Source: Tubulanus polymorphus
Lineage: Eukaryota; Animalia; Nemertea
Assembly: GCF_964204645.1 (NCBI RefSeq)
Contig: NC_134030.1
Span: 19,676,210 to 19,740,209, forward strand
DNA: 64,000 nt
Direction: 5' to 3'
Position numbers and translations under genes: made by a program. Every line of letters starts with the position of its first letter. Position 1 is the first letter of the stretch. The notes under the pieces were generated by a model. It searched no databases. It was not told the DNA's origin and saw nothing but the letters and a program-made list of their open reading frames with translations. Positions 1 through 11,995 of the stretch are shown here, one piece after another.

Positions 1-209
1 GTGTAACGAGTTTTTGTCGGATAGATCCAGTGAAGCATACCAGTTGATTTGTATGGAACGCGATTCGTGCAAAAAAACATCACCTTTGTTCCGGCGTAGG
101 TCTTTACACGGTGGTATTTGTGACCCCCCTCCTGACACCTCGTAGATTCCAAAGGCACTTACCTGAGATTTTACCAAAACTCCCTCAAAGTGTAAAAATC
201 ATCGCTTAC

Positions 210-278
210 CTGAGATTTGGGTGCGTTGTCGGAAGATTCACAACAATTAACAACTCACAGAAAGCGACCCATTTTATA
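210..278 (-). promoter_or_regulatory. TATA box and non-coding first exon of a further peptide-gene copy lying outside the window
   Basis: TATAAAA (minus strand) at 272-278 and donor CAG|GTAAGC at 210; same sequence as at 4599-4667 and 8987-9055 upstream of peptide genes A and B. Confidence 0.6.
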
Positions 279-1039
279 GTTTGATGACAGCATTGTTTTT
301 AATTACCGTAAGCGGATTGTAAAATAATCCGCACGCATGCTTCACACGGAATTAGTGACTTTTTTAAGCTGTATTTTGCATTTTGGTTTTTTTGTGTCAA
401 GTGAATATTCCATACCTGATTTATCAAATTTTTAAATTATTTCTCGTTCGTTTATGTAGCAAAGTTTAAAGAAAAGGGCAGTTATTAGATTCAGAAAGGT
501 TTACGTACGTAACTCACATTCAATCTTTCTCAATCATGATCCATTATGAACCCTTGGTGTTCTTCACAAAACGCAGTTTTTCTCACTTGAACCTTTGCCT
601 GAGCGTATTTGAGCCCAATCAGGAAGGAACCGACCTCACCGAAAAATGCTCACTTTTCACTCATGTGGCGGCATTCGTACGTACGTTGCAGCTATTGATT
701 ACAGTCTTTTGGCCTCAATAAATGTGTATTCTCCCTCGCATACAACGTCACTAAAATTTGTATTAGCTTATGTTTTTCTTCCTCAATAAAGATGGATGGT
801 TAGTAAAAAGAAATACATGATTTGTGTAGGTGCGGTGACGACCAGACAGGTGGAAATACGAAAATTACTTGATAGTTTATTAATGCCTTGAAACTAGCAT
901 ACATTGTTTAATGTCTAACACAATGCAGGCGTGAAGAATACGGACCAAGAAATTTATTTCAAAGTTGAATATATCGACACTTGAATGAATGGACAGGCAA
1001 CCAGTCTAGCCCGAATATTGGCGTAATGCAACACCAGTC

Positions 1040-1315
1040 CATCCTCGCTTACCAGGGGTCCGGTATCCACCAGTCCCATGGTCTCACGACGCGCGATTTC
1101 ATTACTGGCGCTGTTGCGCATGACGTCATATATCGATATGCAAAATACTTCCTTGTCCGCTGATTGGTCAATTTAACGGGAATTCCAACAGAAGGCTTAT
1201 GTCATTTGTTACAAGCGCTGTGATTGGTACGACCGTTTTCTGGTCGGCTAGTAACGACTCCAACGACTCGCGAGTCGGGGAACGACTTAAGCTGAGTAGG
1301 TTCGATCCCTTGACG
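1040..1315. mobile_element. Truncated copy of CATCCTCGCTT-type MITE (also about 5456-5732 and 9840-10148)
   Basis: Homologous to the full-length TSD-flanked copies at 17475-17800 and 25484-25797. Confidence 0.75.
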
Positions 1316-1512
1316 TCATGAAATTTGTCCAATTACAGAATGAACAATCATTTGATATTTTCATTTGTTATTTTGAAACGCCAATATTGATGACGTAGTG
1401 CACATCGACACGCACAACACCCATTCAATTACACACAGTATTTATTCCTCTCAATGAGGACGACAGTGAATAATTACCTTAGGTTGTTTATTAAAGTGTT
1501 AGTCGCTTAGTT

Positions 1513-2632
1513 TCACGAGGCGTAATTTCTTTCGATCGAAAACATCGTTTTCAGTTGATTTCGAAAGCGACGCCTCGCCGCGCAATAGATGACGAAATTA
1601 CAAGATGCTACGATCATTCTCACGATATTCTGAAATTGGTTCATAATCGTTGCTAAAGTAGAGCCTTTTACAATTTGTCCCTTTCGACTTAATATCAGAT
1701 TATTAATTGCTCCTCTAAACATAAACGCTTTCTTCAGTAAAAAGAAACATGAAATAAGAACTAACGTTAGTGTTAAACTACGGTCACTGCTGCTGCTGTT
1801 AGAAGTTTGATTATTCGTGGACATGGTTTTTCTCGCTGCTCCTGCGCGTCTCAACGTGACAATCAATCGGATAGTTATAAGAATCACTATAACTGTCGGT
1901 ATAATTGTAAATAAAGGAGCGCGGACAAACACTTCGTAGTATCTCAAATACTTGTTTTTTCTTCCGAAGTGAGTAAATTTTTGCGTCCATCTCTCGTGTC
2001 CAGTGCACGGGTTTATTGAATAAGTGGTATGATACCAAAAATATCCCCTAGAATGATCACAGATAGAAACAAATGAAATAAACGTGATGTTAAGAGAACT
2101 TTTCTTTCTATTGATAATAGTAACGGCTTTCAGAGGCCAACAAACAACGATAAATCTGTCTACAGCTATTAACAATGTTATCAGATCACTGATATCTGAA
2201 AATAAAAGACGAATGTTTTTTTGTGTATGAAAACATGCGCTTCATGGCGTGGTTTATTTCAGCGGTCATGTCCAGTAATAGCGTGTGACTGTAGAGCCGA
2301 TACTGAAAGTCAACAACAATATAAGCCACACAAATAAACATGTCCGCAACAGCCAAACATCTCAAGTAAAATATACTGGTGCTATTTGAACTGTCTCTGT
2401 TGAGAATGATAAAGGACAGTAAATTTGCGCCGAAACCGAATATGGCAATGCTGAAAATAACATAAGTGGTGACCTGTAATAACAGATTAATATGAAACGG
2501 TTTGTAATCGGCGTGATGGATGTATTTACATCGCGAATGAGGTTTAAACCCTTTCTTCTCAGTGATTGTCGTCGGGTCCGATCCGTTGAGGTCGGGAAAC
2601 CGAGCACCAAGAGACAAATTTTCAGGATACAT
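1513..2632 (-). pseudogene. Rhodopsin-class (FMRFamide-receptor-like) orphan GPCR, frameshifted copy
   Basis: Near-identical paralog of 5928-7046, split into ORFs 2186-2668 and 1513-2175. The T run at 2216-2222 is T7 versus T6 in the intact copy. Could be a homopolymer sequencing error. Confidence 0.75.
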
Positions 2633-3507
2633 CAATTCAGTCAGCGCGCAGTGACTGACCGCTTTCAACTTACAGATCTAATAAACTTGCGATCAGTTAC
2701 AATTCAGTTATAAGTTCCATCAAACTGCGAAGAGTAAAATGCGCACTGGTACTGAGATATATTGTATAGTTCTTGAGTTAACGCCCAACTTTGAAACCTT
2801 CTTTCTATTTCAAATCCATAATTTTGGTGCAGCGGGATTCCACCCTACAATCAGGCCTACATTCAGAGACTTTGAAACATATTCTGGGGGATCGATATTG
2901 AAAATGCATACGTGTACAGAATATAGAGCCACTGTCGAGATGAGGTTATGCTCCTGACAATACACCGTGTCATAATTTTGCACATCAAGCGCAAGCATTA
3001 AACCTAAGTGAAAAGTCGAAGTTAGCGGCCATTACACGTCCAGTATGACGCGTGTAAACATTTCATGTGACGTGCACTACGTCTAGTTAAAAATACTATT
3101 TAGTTTAGCACGAGTTTAAAAGGGAAGGACATTCTTCTAATTTTCAATATTTTCAGTCCCCGGCTCAGAAGCCTATTTTGAATCTGACCCCTGAAATATA
3201 TAGTCGGTAATTGGATACCGTCTGTTGTGTTATGATGGCAGCACGTCACTGTCGAGATCGAAACCATTTCGGGGGAAAGGCACAAACCATTTCGGGGGAA
3301 ATGCACATTCATTCGCTCCTGACCCCTGTGGTTCTCGCGGTTACCGCTTCTGCTTCTGAAATCCCAATCGAACATATCACACTCACCCTCTCAATCCCAG
3401 ATCGAATAAAAAGAATCTGATGAAATACCTTGTTGTTTTGACAACTTTTTTATTTTTTCGAGCTTATGATTAACATCAAAAAACGTCGAATTATGTGAGA
3501 TGTTTAG

Positions 3508-3779
3508 TTAGGGACAACATCTTCCCATAATTCTTGAGCAACATCCACTGCTGGGTCCACCGATCAGCCAGTAGGTACCGTGTTTACCGCGACAGAAACA
3601 TGGAAGTCCTCTCTCTTCGATTTCAACTTCTAAAAAATTGATGCAAAATCGGCAAAACTGTGAATAATTTGCGATAGAATAATAAGAAAATGTTGCGATG
3701 AAAATGAATGATTACCTTCGGCAGCGATGGCTCCGATGACCATAAACAAGGCCAAGGCGATGAACAAAGTCTTGTACGT
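3508..3779 (-). pseudogene. Cysteine-rich secreted peptide gene A (APETx/BDS-like), start codon mutated to ACG
   Basis: Exons 3779-3716 ([ACG]YKTLFIALALFMVIGAIAAE, donor GTAATC, phase 1) and 3629-3508 (EVEIEER-GLPCFCRGKHGTYWLIGGPSSGCCSRIMGRCCP*). The paralog at 8169 has ATG at this position. Confidence 0.75.
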
Positions 3780-4598
3780 TCTGGAAGAAAATGATTAATT
3801 GCATTTATCAATCAATTCACGATTCGTTGATGAGAGGGTTATGTTTCCGGGCATCCCTTCCCCATCAGCAGTATCTAGACAACCAAGCGCCCAGTTCCAC
3901 CACGATTTAAATCTGACTTAATGTTGACTAATTGGAAATAAATTTTTCTCGAAAGTCAAACGTAGGAAACCGCTCAAACGATGCAGGATCTTCTGGAACC
4001 AAGTTTTCTAGGATTTTTTGTCAATACGAAGGCGGTTATTGATTATTGATGTAATGGAGGCGTGATTCACGTGTAAGATTATGAGGCAATACTCTTATAT
4101 CAAAATCAACTACATTTCCTTTACTTTCATTCCAAATTCAATGACGTAGGTTTTAGGCCGAAGGACTTCAAACCATAGTTAGACGTTACAAAACTCTAAT
4201 ATTAGAATCCATTATATTCCCTTTATATCGTTCAAAATCAAATGACGTAAGTTTTAGGCCGAAAGACTATAATAAGTTAGACGTTAGTTGTCGAATAAAC
4301 ACTATAATCTGTGTATACTGTAGATAAATGAGGAAATCCCACACTTCGAAGAGTGGGATTTCTTCGTTAATTTAAGTTAGACGTTACTTGTGTAACGAGT
4401 TTTTGTCGGATAGATCCAGTGAAGCATACCAGTTGATTTGTATGGAACGCGATTCGTGCAAAAAAACATCACCTTTGTTCCGACGTAGGTCTTTACACGG
4501 TGGTATTTGTGACCCCCCTCCTGACACCTCGTAGATTCCAAAGGCACTTACCTGAGATTTTACCAAAGCTCCCTCAAACTGTAAAAATCATCGCTTAC

Positions 4599-4667
4599 CT
4601 GAGTTTTGGGTGCGTTGTCGGAAGATTCACAACAATTAACAACTCACAGAAAGCGACCCATTTTATA
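4599..4667 (-). promoter_or_regulatory. TATA box and non-coding exon 1 of peptide gene A
   Basis: TATAAAA at 4661-4667 (minus strand), donor CAG|GTAAGC at 4599; a second CTCAG|GTAAGT donor lies about 47 nt further downstream. Confidence 0.6.
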
Positions 4668-5927
4668 ATTTGATGACAGCATTGTTTTTAATTACCGTAA
4701 ACGGATTGTAAAATAATCCGCACGCATGCTTCACACGGAATTAGTGACTTTTTTAAGCTGTATTTTGCATTTTGGTTTTTTTGTGTCAAGCGAATATTCC
4801 CTACCTGATTTATCAAATTTCTAAATTATTTCTCGTTCGTTTATGTAGCGATGTTTATAGAAAAGGGCAGTTGTTCGATTCAGGCAGGTATACGTACGTA
4901 ACTCACATTCATTTCTTCTCAATCGTGACCCATTATGAACCCTTGGTGCCCTTCACAAAACGCAGTTTTTCTCACTTGAACCTTTGCCTGAGCGTATTTG
5001 AGCCCAATCAAGAAGGAACCGACCTAACCGACAAAATGCTCATCACTTTTCACTCATGTGGCGGCGTTCGTACATACGTTGCAGCTATTGATTTCAGTCT
5101 TTTGGCCCCAATAAATGTGTATTCTCCCTCGCATACAACGCCACTTAGGCGCTTTGCGAGATTTATCTAAAATTTGTATTCACTTATGTTTTTTTTCCTC
5201 AATAAAGATGGATGGTTAGTAAAAAGAAATACATGATTTGTGTAGGTGCGGTGACGACCAGACAGGTGGAAATACGAAAATTACTTGATAGTTTATTAAT
5301 GCCTTGAAACTAGCATACATTTCTTAATGTCTAACACAATGCAGGCATGAAGAATACGGACCAAGAAATTTATTTCGAAGTTGAATATATCGACACTTGA
5401 ATGAATTGACAGGCAACCAGTCTAGCCCGAATATTGGCGTAAAGCAACACCAGTCCATCGTCGCTTACCAGGGGTCCGGTTTCCACCAGTCCCATGGTCT
5501 CACGACGCGCGATTTCATTACTGGCGCTGTTGCACATGACGTCATATATCGATATGCAAAATACTTCCTTGTCCGCTGATTGGTCAATTTAACGGGAATT
5601 CCAACAGAAGGCTTAAGTCATTTGTTACAAGCGCTGTGATTGGTACGACCGTTTTCTGGTCGGCTAGTAACGACTCCAACGACTCGTGAGTCGGGGAACG
5701 ACTTAGGCTGAGTAGGTTCGATCCCTTGACGTCATGAATTTGTCCAATTACAGAATGAACATCTATTTGATATTTTCATTTGTTATTTTGAAACGCCAAT
5801 ATTGATGACGTAGTGCACATCGACTCGCAAAACACCCATTCAATTACACACAGTATTTATTCCTCTCAATGAGGACGACAGTGAATAATTACCTTAGGTT
5901 GTTTATTGAAGTGTTAGTCGCTTAGTT

Positions 5928-7046
5928 TCAAGAGGCGTGATTTCTTCCGATCGAAAACATGGTTTTCAGTTGATTTCGAAATCGATGCCTCGCCGCGCAA
6001 TAGATGACGAAATTACAAGATGCTACGATCATTCTCACGATATTCTGAAATTGGTTCATTACCGATGCTAAAGTAGAGCCTTTTACAATTTGTCCCTTTC
6101 GATTTAATATCAGATTATTAATTGCTCCTCTAAACATAAACGCTTTCTTCAGTAAAAAGAAACATGAAATAAGAACTAACGTTAGTGTTAAACTACGGTC
6201 ACTGCTGCTGCTGTTAGAAGTTTGATTATTCGTGGACATGGTTTTTCTTGCTGCTCCTGCGCGTCTCAACGTGACTATCAATCGGATAGTTATAAGAATC
6301 ACTATAACTGTCGGTATAATTGTAAATAAAGGAGCGCGGACAAACACGCCGTAGTATCTCAAATACTTGTTTTTTCTTCCGAAGTGAGTAAATTTTTGCG
6401 TCCATCTCTCGTGTCCAGTGCACGGGTTTATTGAATAAGTGGTATGATACAAAAAATAGTTCCTAGAATTATCACAGACACAAACGAATGAAATAAAAGT
6501 GATGTAAAGACAACTTTTCTTTCTATTGATAAGGGTAACGGCTTTCAGAGGCCAACAAACTACGATAAATCTGTCTATAGCTATTAACAATGTTATCAGA
6601 TCACTGATATCTGAAAAAAAAGGACTAATGTTTTTTGTGTATGAAAACATGCGCTTCATGGCGTGGTTTATTTCAGCGGTCATGTCCAGTAATAGCGTGT
6701 GACTGTAGAGCCGATACTGAAAGTCAACAACAATATAAGCCACACAAATAAACATGTCCGCAACAGCCAAACATCTCAAGTAAAATATACTGGTGTTATT
6801 TGAACTTTCTTTGTTGAGAATGATAAAGGAGAGTAAATTTGCGCCGAAGCCGAATATGGCAATGCTGAAAATAACATAAGTGGTGACCTGTAATAACAGA
6901 TTAATATGAAACGGTTTGTAATCGGCGTGATGGATGTATTTACATCGCGAATGAGGTTTAAACCCCTTCTTCTCAGTGATTGTCGTCGGGTCCGATCCGT
7001 TGAGGTCGGGAAACCGAGCACCAAGAGACAAATTTTCAGGATACAT
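5928..7046 (-). CDS. Intronless rhodopsin-class GPCR, FMRFamide-receptor-like orphan (372 aa from first ATG; the ORF track starts at TTG 7082)
   Basis: Seven hydrophobic segments; TM1 GFGANLLS, TM2 YLRCLAVADM, DRF at the end of TM3 followed by VVCWPLKA, TM7 NFVIYC, helix-8 RFR. Family assignment from recalled motifs. Confidence 0.88.
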   Translation of the reverse strand: MYPENLSLGARFPDLNGSDPTTITEKKGFKPHSRCKYIHHADYKPFHINLLLQVTTYVIFSIAIFGFGANLLSFIILNKESSNNTSIFYLRCLAVADMFICVAYIVVDFQYRLYSHTLLLDMTAEINHAMKRMFSYTKNISPFFSDISDLITLLIAIDRFIVVCWPLKAVTLINRKKSCLYITFISFVCVCDNSRNYFLYHTTYSINPCTGHERWTQKFTHFGRKNKYLRYYGVFVRAPLFTIIPTVIVILITIRLIVTLRRAGAARKTMSTNNQTSNSSSSDRSLTLTLVLISCFFLLKKAFMFRGAINNLILNRKGQIVKGSTLASVMNQFQNIVRMIVASCNFVIYCAARHRFRNQLKTMFSIGRNHAS

Positions 7047-7900
7047 CAATTCAGTCAGCGCACAGTGACTGACTGCTTTCAACTTACAGATCTAATAAAC
7101 TTGCGATCAGTTACAATTCAGTTATAAGTTCCATCAAACTGCGAAGAGTAAAATGCGCACTGGTACTGAGATATATTGTATAGTTCTTGAGTTAACGCCC
7201 AATTTCGAAACCTTCTTTCTATTTCAAATCCATAATTTTGGTGCAGCGGGATTCCACCCTACAATCAGGCCTACATTCAGAGACTTTGAAACTATATTCC
7301 AACGGATCGATATTGAAAATGCATACGTGTACAGAATATAGAGCCACTGTCGAGATGAGGTAATGCTCCTGACAAAACACCGTGTCATAATTTTGCACAT
7401 CAAGCGCAAGCAGTAAACCTAAGTGAAAAGTCGAAGTTAGCGGCCATTACACGTCCAGTATGACGCGCTTAAACAATTCATGTAACGTGCACTACGTCTA
7501 GTTAAAAATACTACTTAGTTTAGCACGACTTTAAAAAAGGGAAGGACATTCTTCTAATTTTCAATATTTTCAGTCCCCGGCTCAGAAGCCTATTTTGAAT
7601 CTGACCCCTGAAATATATCGTCGGCAATTGGATACCGTCTGCAGTGTTATGATGGTAGCACGTCACAGTCGAGATCGAAACCATTTCGGGGGAAAGGCAC
7701 TTTCATTCGCTCCTGACCCCTGTGGTTCTGGCAGTTACCGCTTCTGCTTCTGACATCCCAATCGAACAAATCACACTCACCCTCTAAATCCCAGGTCGAA
7801 TAAGAAGAATCTGATGAAATACCTTGTTGTTTTGACAACTTTTTTATTTTTTCGAGCTTATGATTAACATCATAAAAAAATGTCGAATTATGTGAGATGT

Positions 7901-8169
7901 TTAGTTAGGACAACATCTTCCCATCAATCTTGAGCAACATCCACTGCTGGGTCCACCGATCAGCCAGTAGGTACCGTGTTTACCGCGACAGAAACATGGA
8001 AGTCCTCTCTCTTCGATTTCAACTTCTAAAAAATCGATGCAAAATCGGCAAAACCGTGAATAATTTGCGATAGAATACTATGTTGCGGTGAAAAAGAATG
8101 ATTACCTTCGGCAGCGATGGCTCCGATGACCATAAACAAGGCCAAGGCGATGAACAAAGTCTTGTACAT
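7901..8169 (-). CDS. Cysteine-rich secreted peptide gene B (APETx/BDS-like toxin or defensin precursor, 62 aa)
   Basis: Exon 8169-8106 MYKTLFIALALFMVIGAIAAE + GT-AG phase-1 intron + exon 8025-7901 EVEIEER-GLPCFCRGKHGTYWLIGGPSSGCCSRLMGRCCPN*. AATAAA about 7843-7848. Upstream non-coding exon and TATA at 8987-9055. Confidence 0.85.
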
Positions 8170-8986
8170 TCTGGATCGGAAGAAAATGATTAATTGCATT
8201 TATCAATTAATTCACGATTCGTTGATGAGAGGGTTATGTGTCCGGGTATCCCTTCCCCATCAGCAGTATCTAGACACCCAAGCGCGCAGTTCCACCACGA
8301 TTTAAATCTGACTTAATGTTGACTAATTGGAAATAAATTTTTCTCGAAAGTCAAACGTAGGAAACCGCTCAAACGATGCAGGATCTTCTGGAACCAAGTT
8401 TTCTAGGATTTTTTGTCAATACGAAGGCGGTTATTGATGTAATGGAGGCGTGATTCACGTGTAAGATTATGAGGCAATACTCTTATATCAAAATCAGCTA
8501 CATTTCCTTTACTTTCATTCCAAATTCAATTACGTAGGTTTTAGGCCGAAGGACTTCAAACCAAAGTTAGACGTTACAAAACTCTAATATTAGAATCCAT
8601 TATATTCCCTTTATATCGTTCAAAATCAAATGACGTAAGTTGTAGGCCGATAGACTATAATAAGTTAGACGTTAGTTGTCGAATAAACACTATAATCCGT
8701 GTATACTGTAGATAAATGAGGAAATCCCACACTTCGAAGAGTGGGATTTCTTCGTTAATTTAAGTAAGACGTTACTTGTGTAACGAGTTTTTGTCGGATA
8801 GATCCAGTGAAGCATACCAGTTGATTTGTATGGAACGCGATTCGTGCAAAAAAACATCACCTTTGTTCCGACGTAGGTCTTTACACGGTGGTATTTGTGA
8901 CCCCCCTCCTGACACCTCGTAGATTCCAAAGGCACTTACCTGAGATTTTACCAAAACTCCCTCAAACTGTAAAAATCATCGCTTAC

Positions 8987-9055
8987 CTGAGTTTTGGGTG
9001 CGTTGTCGGAAGATTCACAACAATTAACAACTCACAGAAAGCGACCCATTTTATA
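8987..9055 (-). promoter_or_regulatory. TATA box and non-coding exon 1 of peptide gene B
   Basis: TATAAAA at 9049-9055 (minus strand); donor CAG|GTAAGC at 8987, alternative donor at 8940. Confidence 0.6.
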
Positions 9056-11542
9056 GTTTGATGACAGCATTGTTTTTAATTACCGTAAGCGGATTGTAAA
9101 TTAATCCGCGCGCATGCTTCACAGGGAATTAGTGACTTTTTTAAGCTGTATTTTGCATTTTGGTTTTTTTGTGTCAAGTGAATATTCCATACCTGATTTA
9201 TCAAATTTTTAAATTATTTCTCGTTCGTTTATGTAGCAAAGTTTAAAGAAAAGGGCAGTTATTGGATTCAGAAAGGTTTACGTACGTAACTCACATTCAA
9301 TCTTTCTCAATCATGATCCATTATGAACCCTTGGTGTCCTTCACAAAACGCAGTTTTCCTCACTTGAACCTTTGCCTGAGCGTATTTGAGCCCAATCAGG
9401 AAGGAACCGACCTCACCGAAAAATGCTCACTTTTCACTCATGTGGCGGCATTCGTACGTACGTTGCAGCTATTGATTACAGTCTTTTGGCCTCAATAAAT
9501 GTGTATTCTCCCTCGCATACAACGTCACTTAGGCGCTTTGCGAGATTTATCTAAAATTTGTATTAGCTTATGTTTTTCTTCCTCAATAAAGATGGATGGT
9601 TAGTAAAAAGAAATACATGATTTGTGTAGGTGCGGTGACGACCAGACAGGTGGAAATACGAAAATTACTTGATAGTTTATTAATGCCTTGAAACTAGCAT
9701 ACATTTCTTATTGTCTAACACAATGCAGGCGTGAAGAATACGGACCAAGAAATTTACTTCGAAGTTGAATATATCGACACTTGAATGAACTGACAGGCAA
9801 CCAGTCTGGCCCGAATATTGGCGTAATGCAACACCAGTCCATCCTCGCTTGCCAGGGGCCCAGTGTCCATCAGTCCCATGGCCTCACGATGCATGATTTC
9901 ATTACTGGCGCTGTTGCGCATGACCACGTCATATGTCGATATGCAAAATACTTCCTTGTTCGGTAAACGTTCGCTGATTGGTCAATTTAACGGGAATTCC
10001 AACAGTAGCCTTAATGTCGTTTGTTACGAGCGCTGTGATTGGTACGACTGGATTCTGGTCGGCTAGTAACGACTCCAACGACTCGTGAGGTCAAGGGGTT
10101 CCGGGAACAGCTTTCGCGTAGTGGGTTCGAATCCCTTGACGGGTGAAAATGATGCACTCAAATTCCATCATCAAAAATACACGAAAATCATAAAATATAA
10201 AATCAGTCATGAAATTTGTCTAATTACAGAATGAACATCTATTTCATATTTTCATTTGTTATTTTGAAACGCCTATATTGATGACGTAGTGCACATCGAA
10301 TCGCACAACACCCATATGATTATACACAGTATTTATTAACGTAAGAAAAAAATCATTATTATAACGGTTTTCGCGGCGTAAAAAAACTAGGTCAAAGTAA
10401 TGTAACCCTGTCCAATTAAAGCTCTTGGGAAAGCAGCCCATTAGTCCCGCTCATTCGATAAGCTAACCACAACGTTCGATCATTGAATCTCCAGGATTCA
10501 TGGCCAAAGTAACGTGATCTAACCAACAGACCACTGATCTGTGGGGACAATAACTTATCTAGCCTGTTTGGAGACCATGAGCCGATTTTACTAGTCAGGT
10601 GCGGGGTGACTGGTTCGGTATTCCGCATTCTCTGAAACTAGATAGGTTTCTTATCGAGACCACATATTGCCAGGAACTTTCAAGGGCAGTTCGTTGTTTC
10701 AAGGCGGGCAATTTATGAAAACAATATCATACGGTCGTATGAAAGTCGAAATGAGATCAACCCCTCTCTCACCCCTCAACCAATCTGCCGCTGCCGTTCC
10801 CGTGGGATTTACATAGAATTGCAATAAAAAATTGATCATGCATGGTTTATCTTTTACTGATTTTTTATACGTGAATTGTACACGCGGGGTTCACGCTGGT
10901 GTGTTTCATACAGCTGTCACTCATACGAGGCATACTTTCAAATAAGTCGCCAGAAGCTTCTAAAAAATACCAATTGAAAATACCAATACCTTTGAAGGAA
11001 TAGACAACTAATTGTCATAATATGCTAGCTTCAGTGCTAACTGGCTCTGAACTTGTTGGATTTAAAAACGTTCATGGTTCTATTTTAACAAATAGTAACT
11101 GGAAATCTGATCTTTCTGCAAATATTTCGTCAATTGTCCTATTTTTCTACTACTAATTTCTAAATCGATCATCTCGCGTATAGCAGCTAAGAAGATAAGG
11201 CTTCGGATGCATAACCCATAATCAGATGTCTCTAATGTCGCAACTTTCTCATACTCCTGAACAAAAACAGGTTTCATACCGTATTACATAAAAAATCTAT
11301 GGCGTTTTGTTCATACGGCCGGGTAGAAAACACATTGTCATTACCCTTGGTAAAAAGTTTTTTTCTGGACATTTCTTTATTGAAAATATATACATTAATA
11401 CCGCAGTTTACTCTTCTATGGTCTGCCAAATCAAAACGTATCACTTAAGTTCACTTAAACAGTGTTATGCTTTAAGCGTTGAGATACAACTCTACCGGTC
11501 TAGACGGCGTCTCATAGCGGAGACCACGTTGTCCATCTGGGG

Positions 11543-11826
11543 CAGGCGCGGATCCAGTGGGTAGCACCCGGGGCACGTGCTACCCTTTAGACTTTCAGTT
11601 GGTCCCAAAAATCGTCCCCGTCAAAAGTCGGTACCACCTGAGGACGTCTAAACGCTTCAAATATATGTTTTCATTCGGTTGAAAGAAGCTCAAATGTTTG
11701 GAAATAGCATCTGCAGGGTTTTTTACAAGATATTCCCCTAACCCATCTTATAGCTACTCGTGGGAGTGCCACTTTTTAATAGTGATCGGGTGCTACCCCT
11801 CAATATAAGCTCTGGATCCGCCTCTG
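11543..11826. mobile_element. hAT-like MITE (CAGGCGCGGATCC...GGATCCGCCTCTG)
   Basis: Imperfect terminal inverted repeats. Related termini at 26101-26535, 28193-28445, about 33372-33640 and 57460-57752. Confidence 0.6.
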
Positions 11827-11995
11827 TAGGGCGGTGTCTGGTATTGGGTAAGGTACCGTTTTCCAGGGTCGACAGTGTCTCCTTGCAGGTATAACAGGCC
11901 ACTTTCTTAGTGTCTGGATAATATATCTTCATTGGCTGAAACAACTGCCTAATTTTGTTTGCTCACTCATTTTTCTTTGACGACAGAAATTTGAT

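Larger units (their letters stand above)
1..10337. repeat. Tandem segmental duplication, unit about 4.39 kb (copies start at 1, 4390, 8778; third copy partial, similarity ends about 10337)
   Basis: GTGTAACGAGTTTTTGTCGG recurs at 1, 4390 and 8778 (periods 4389 and 4388) with near-identical sequence throughout. Each full unit carries a GPCR and a cysteine-rich peptide gene. The array probably continues left of the window. Confidence 0.97.

Noticed and set aside
7647-7810. Possible alternative terminal exon for peptide gene B (phase-compatible acceptor TTTCATCAG)
   Set aside because: Lies beyond the AATAAA; the paralogous sequence in unit 1 has an in-frame stop and frameshifts; no conserved cysteine pattern.
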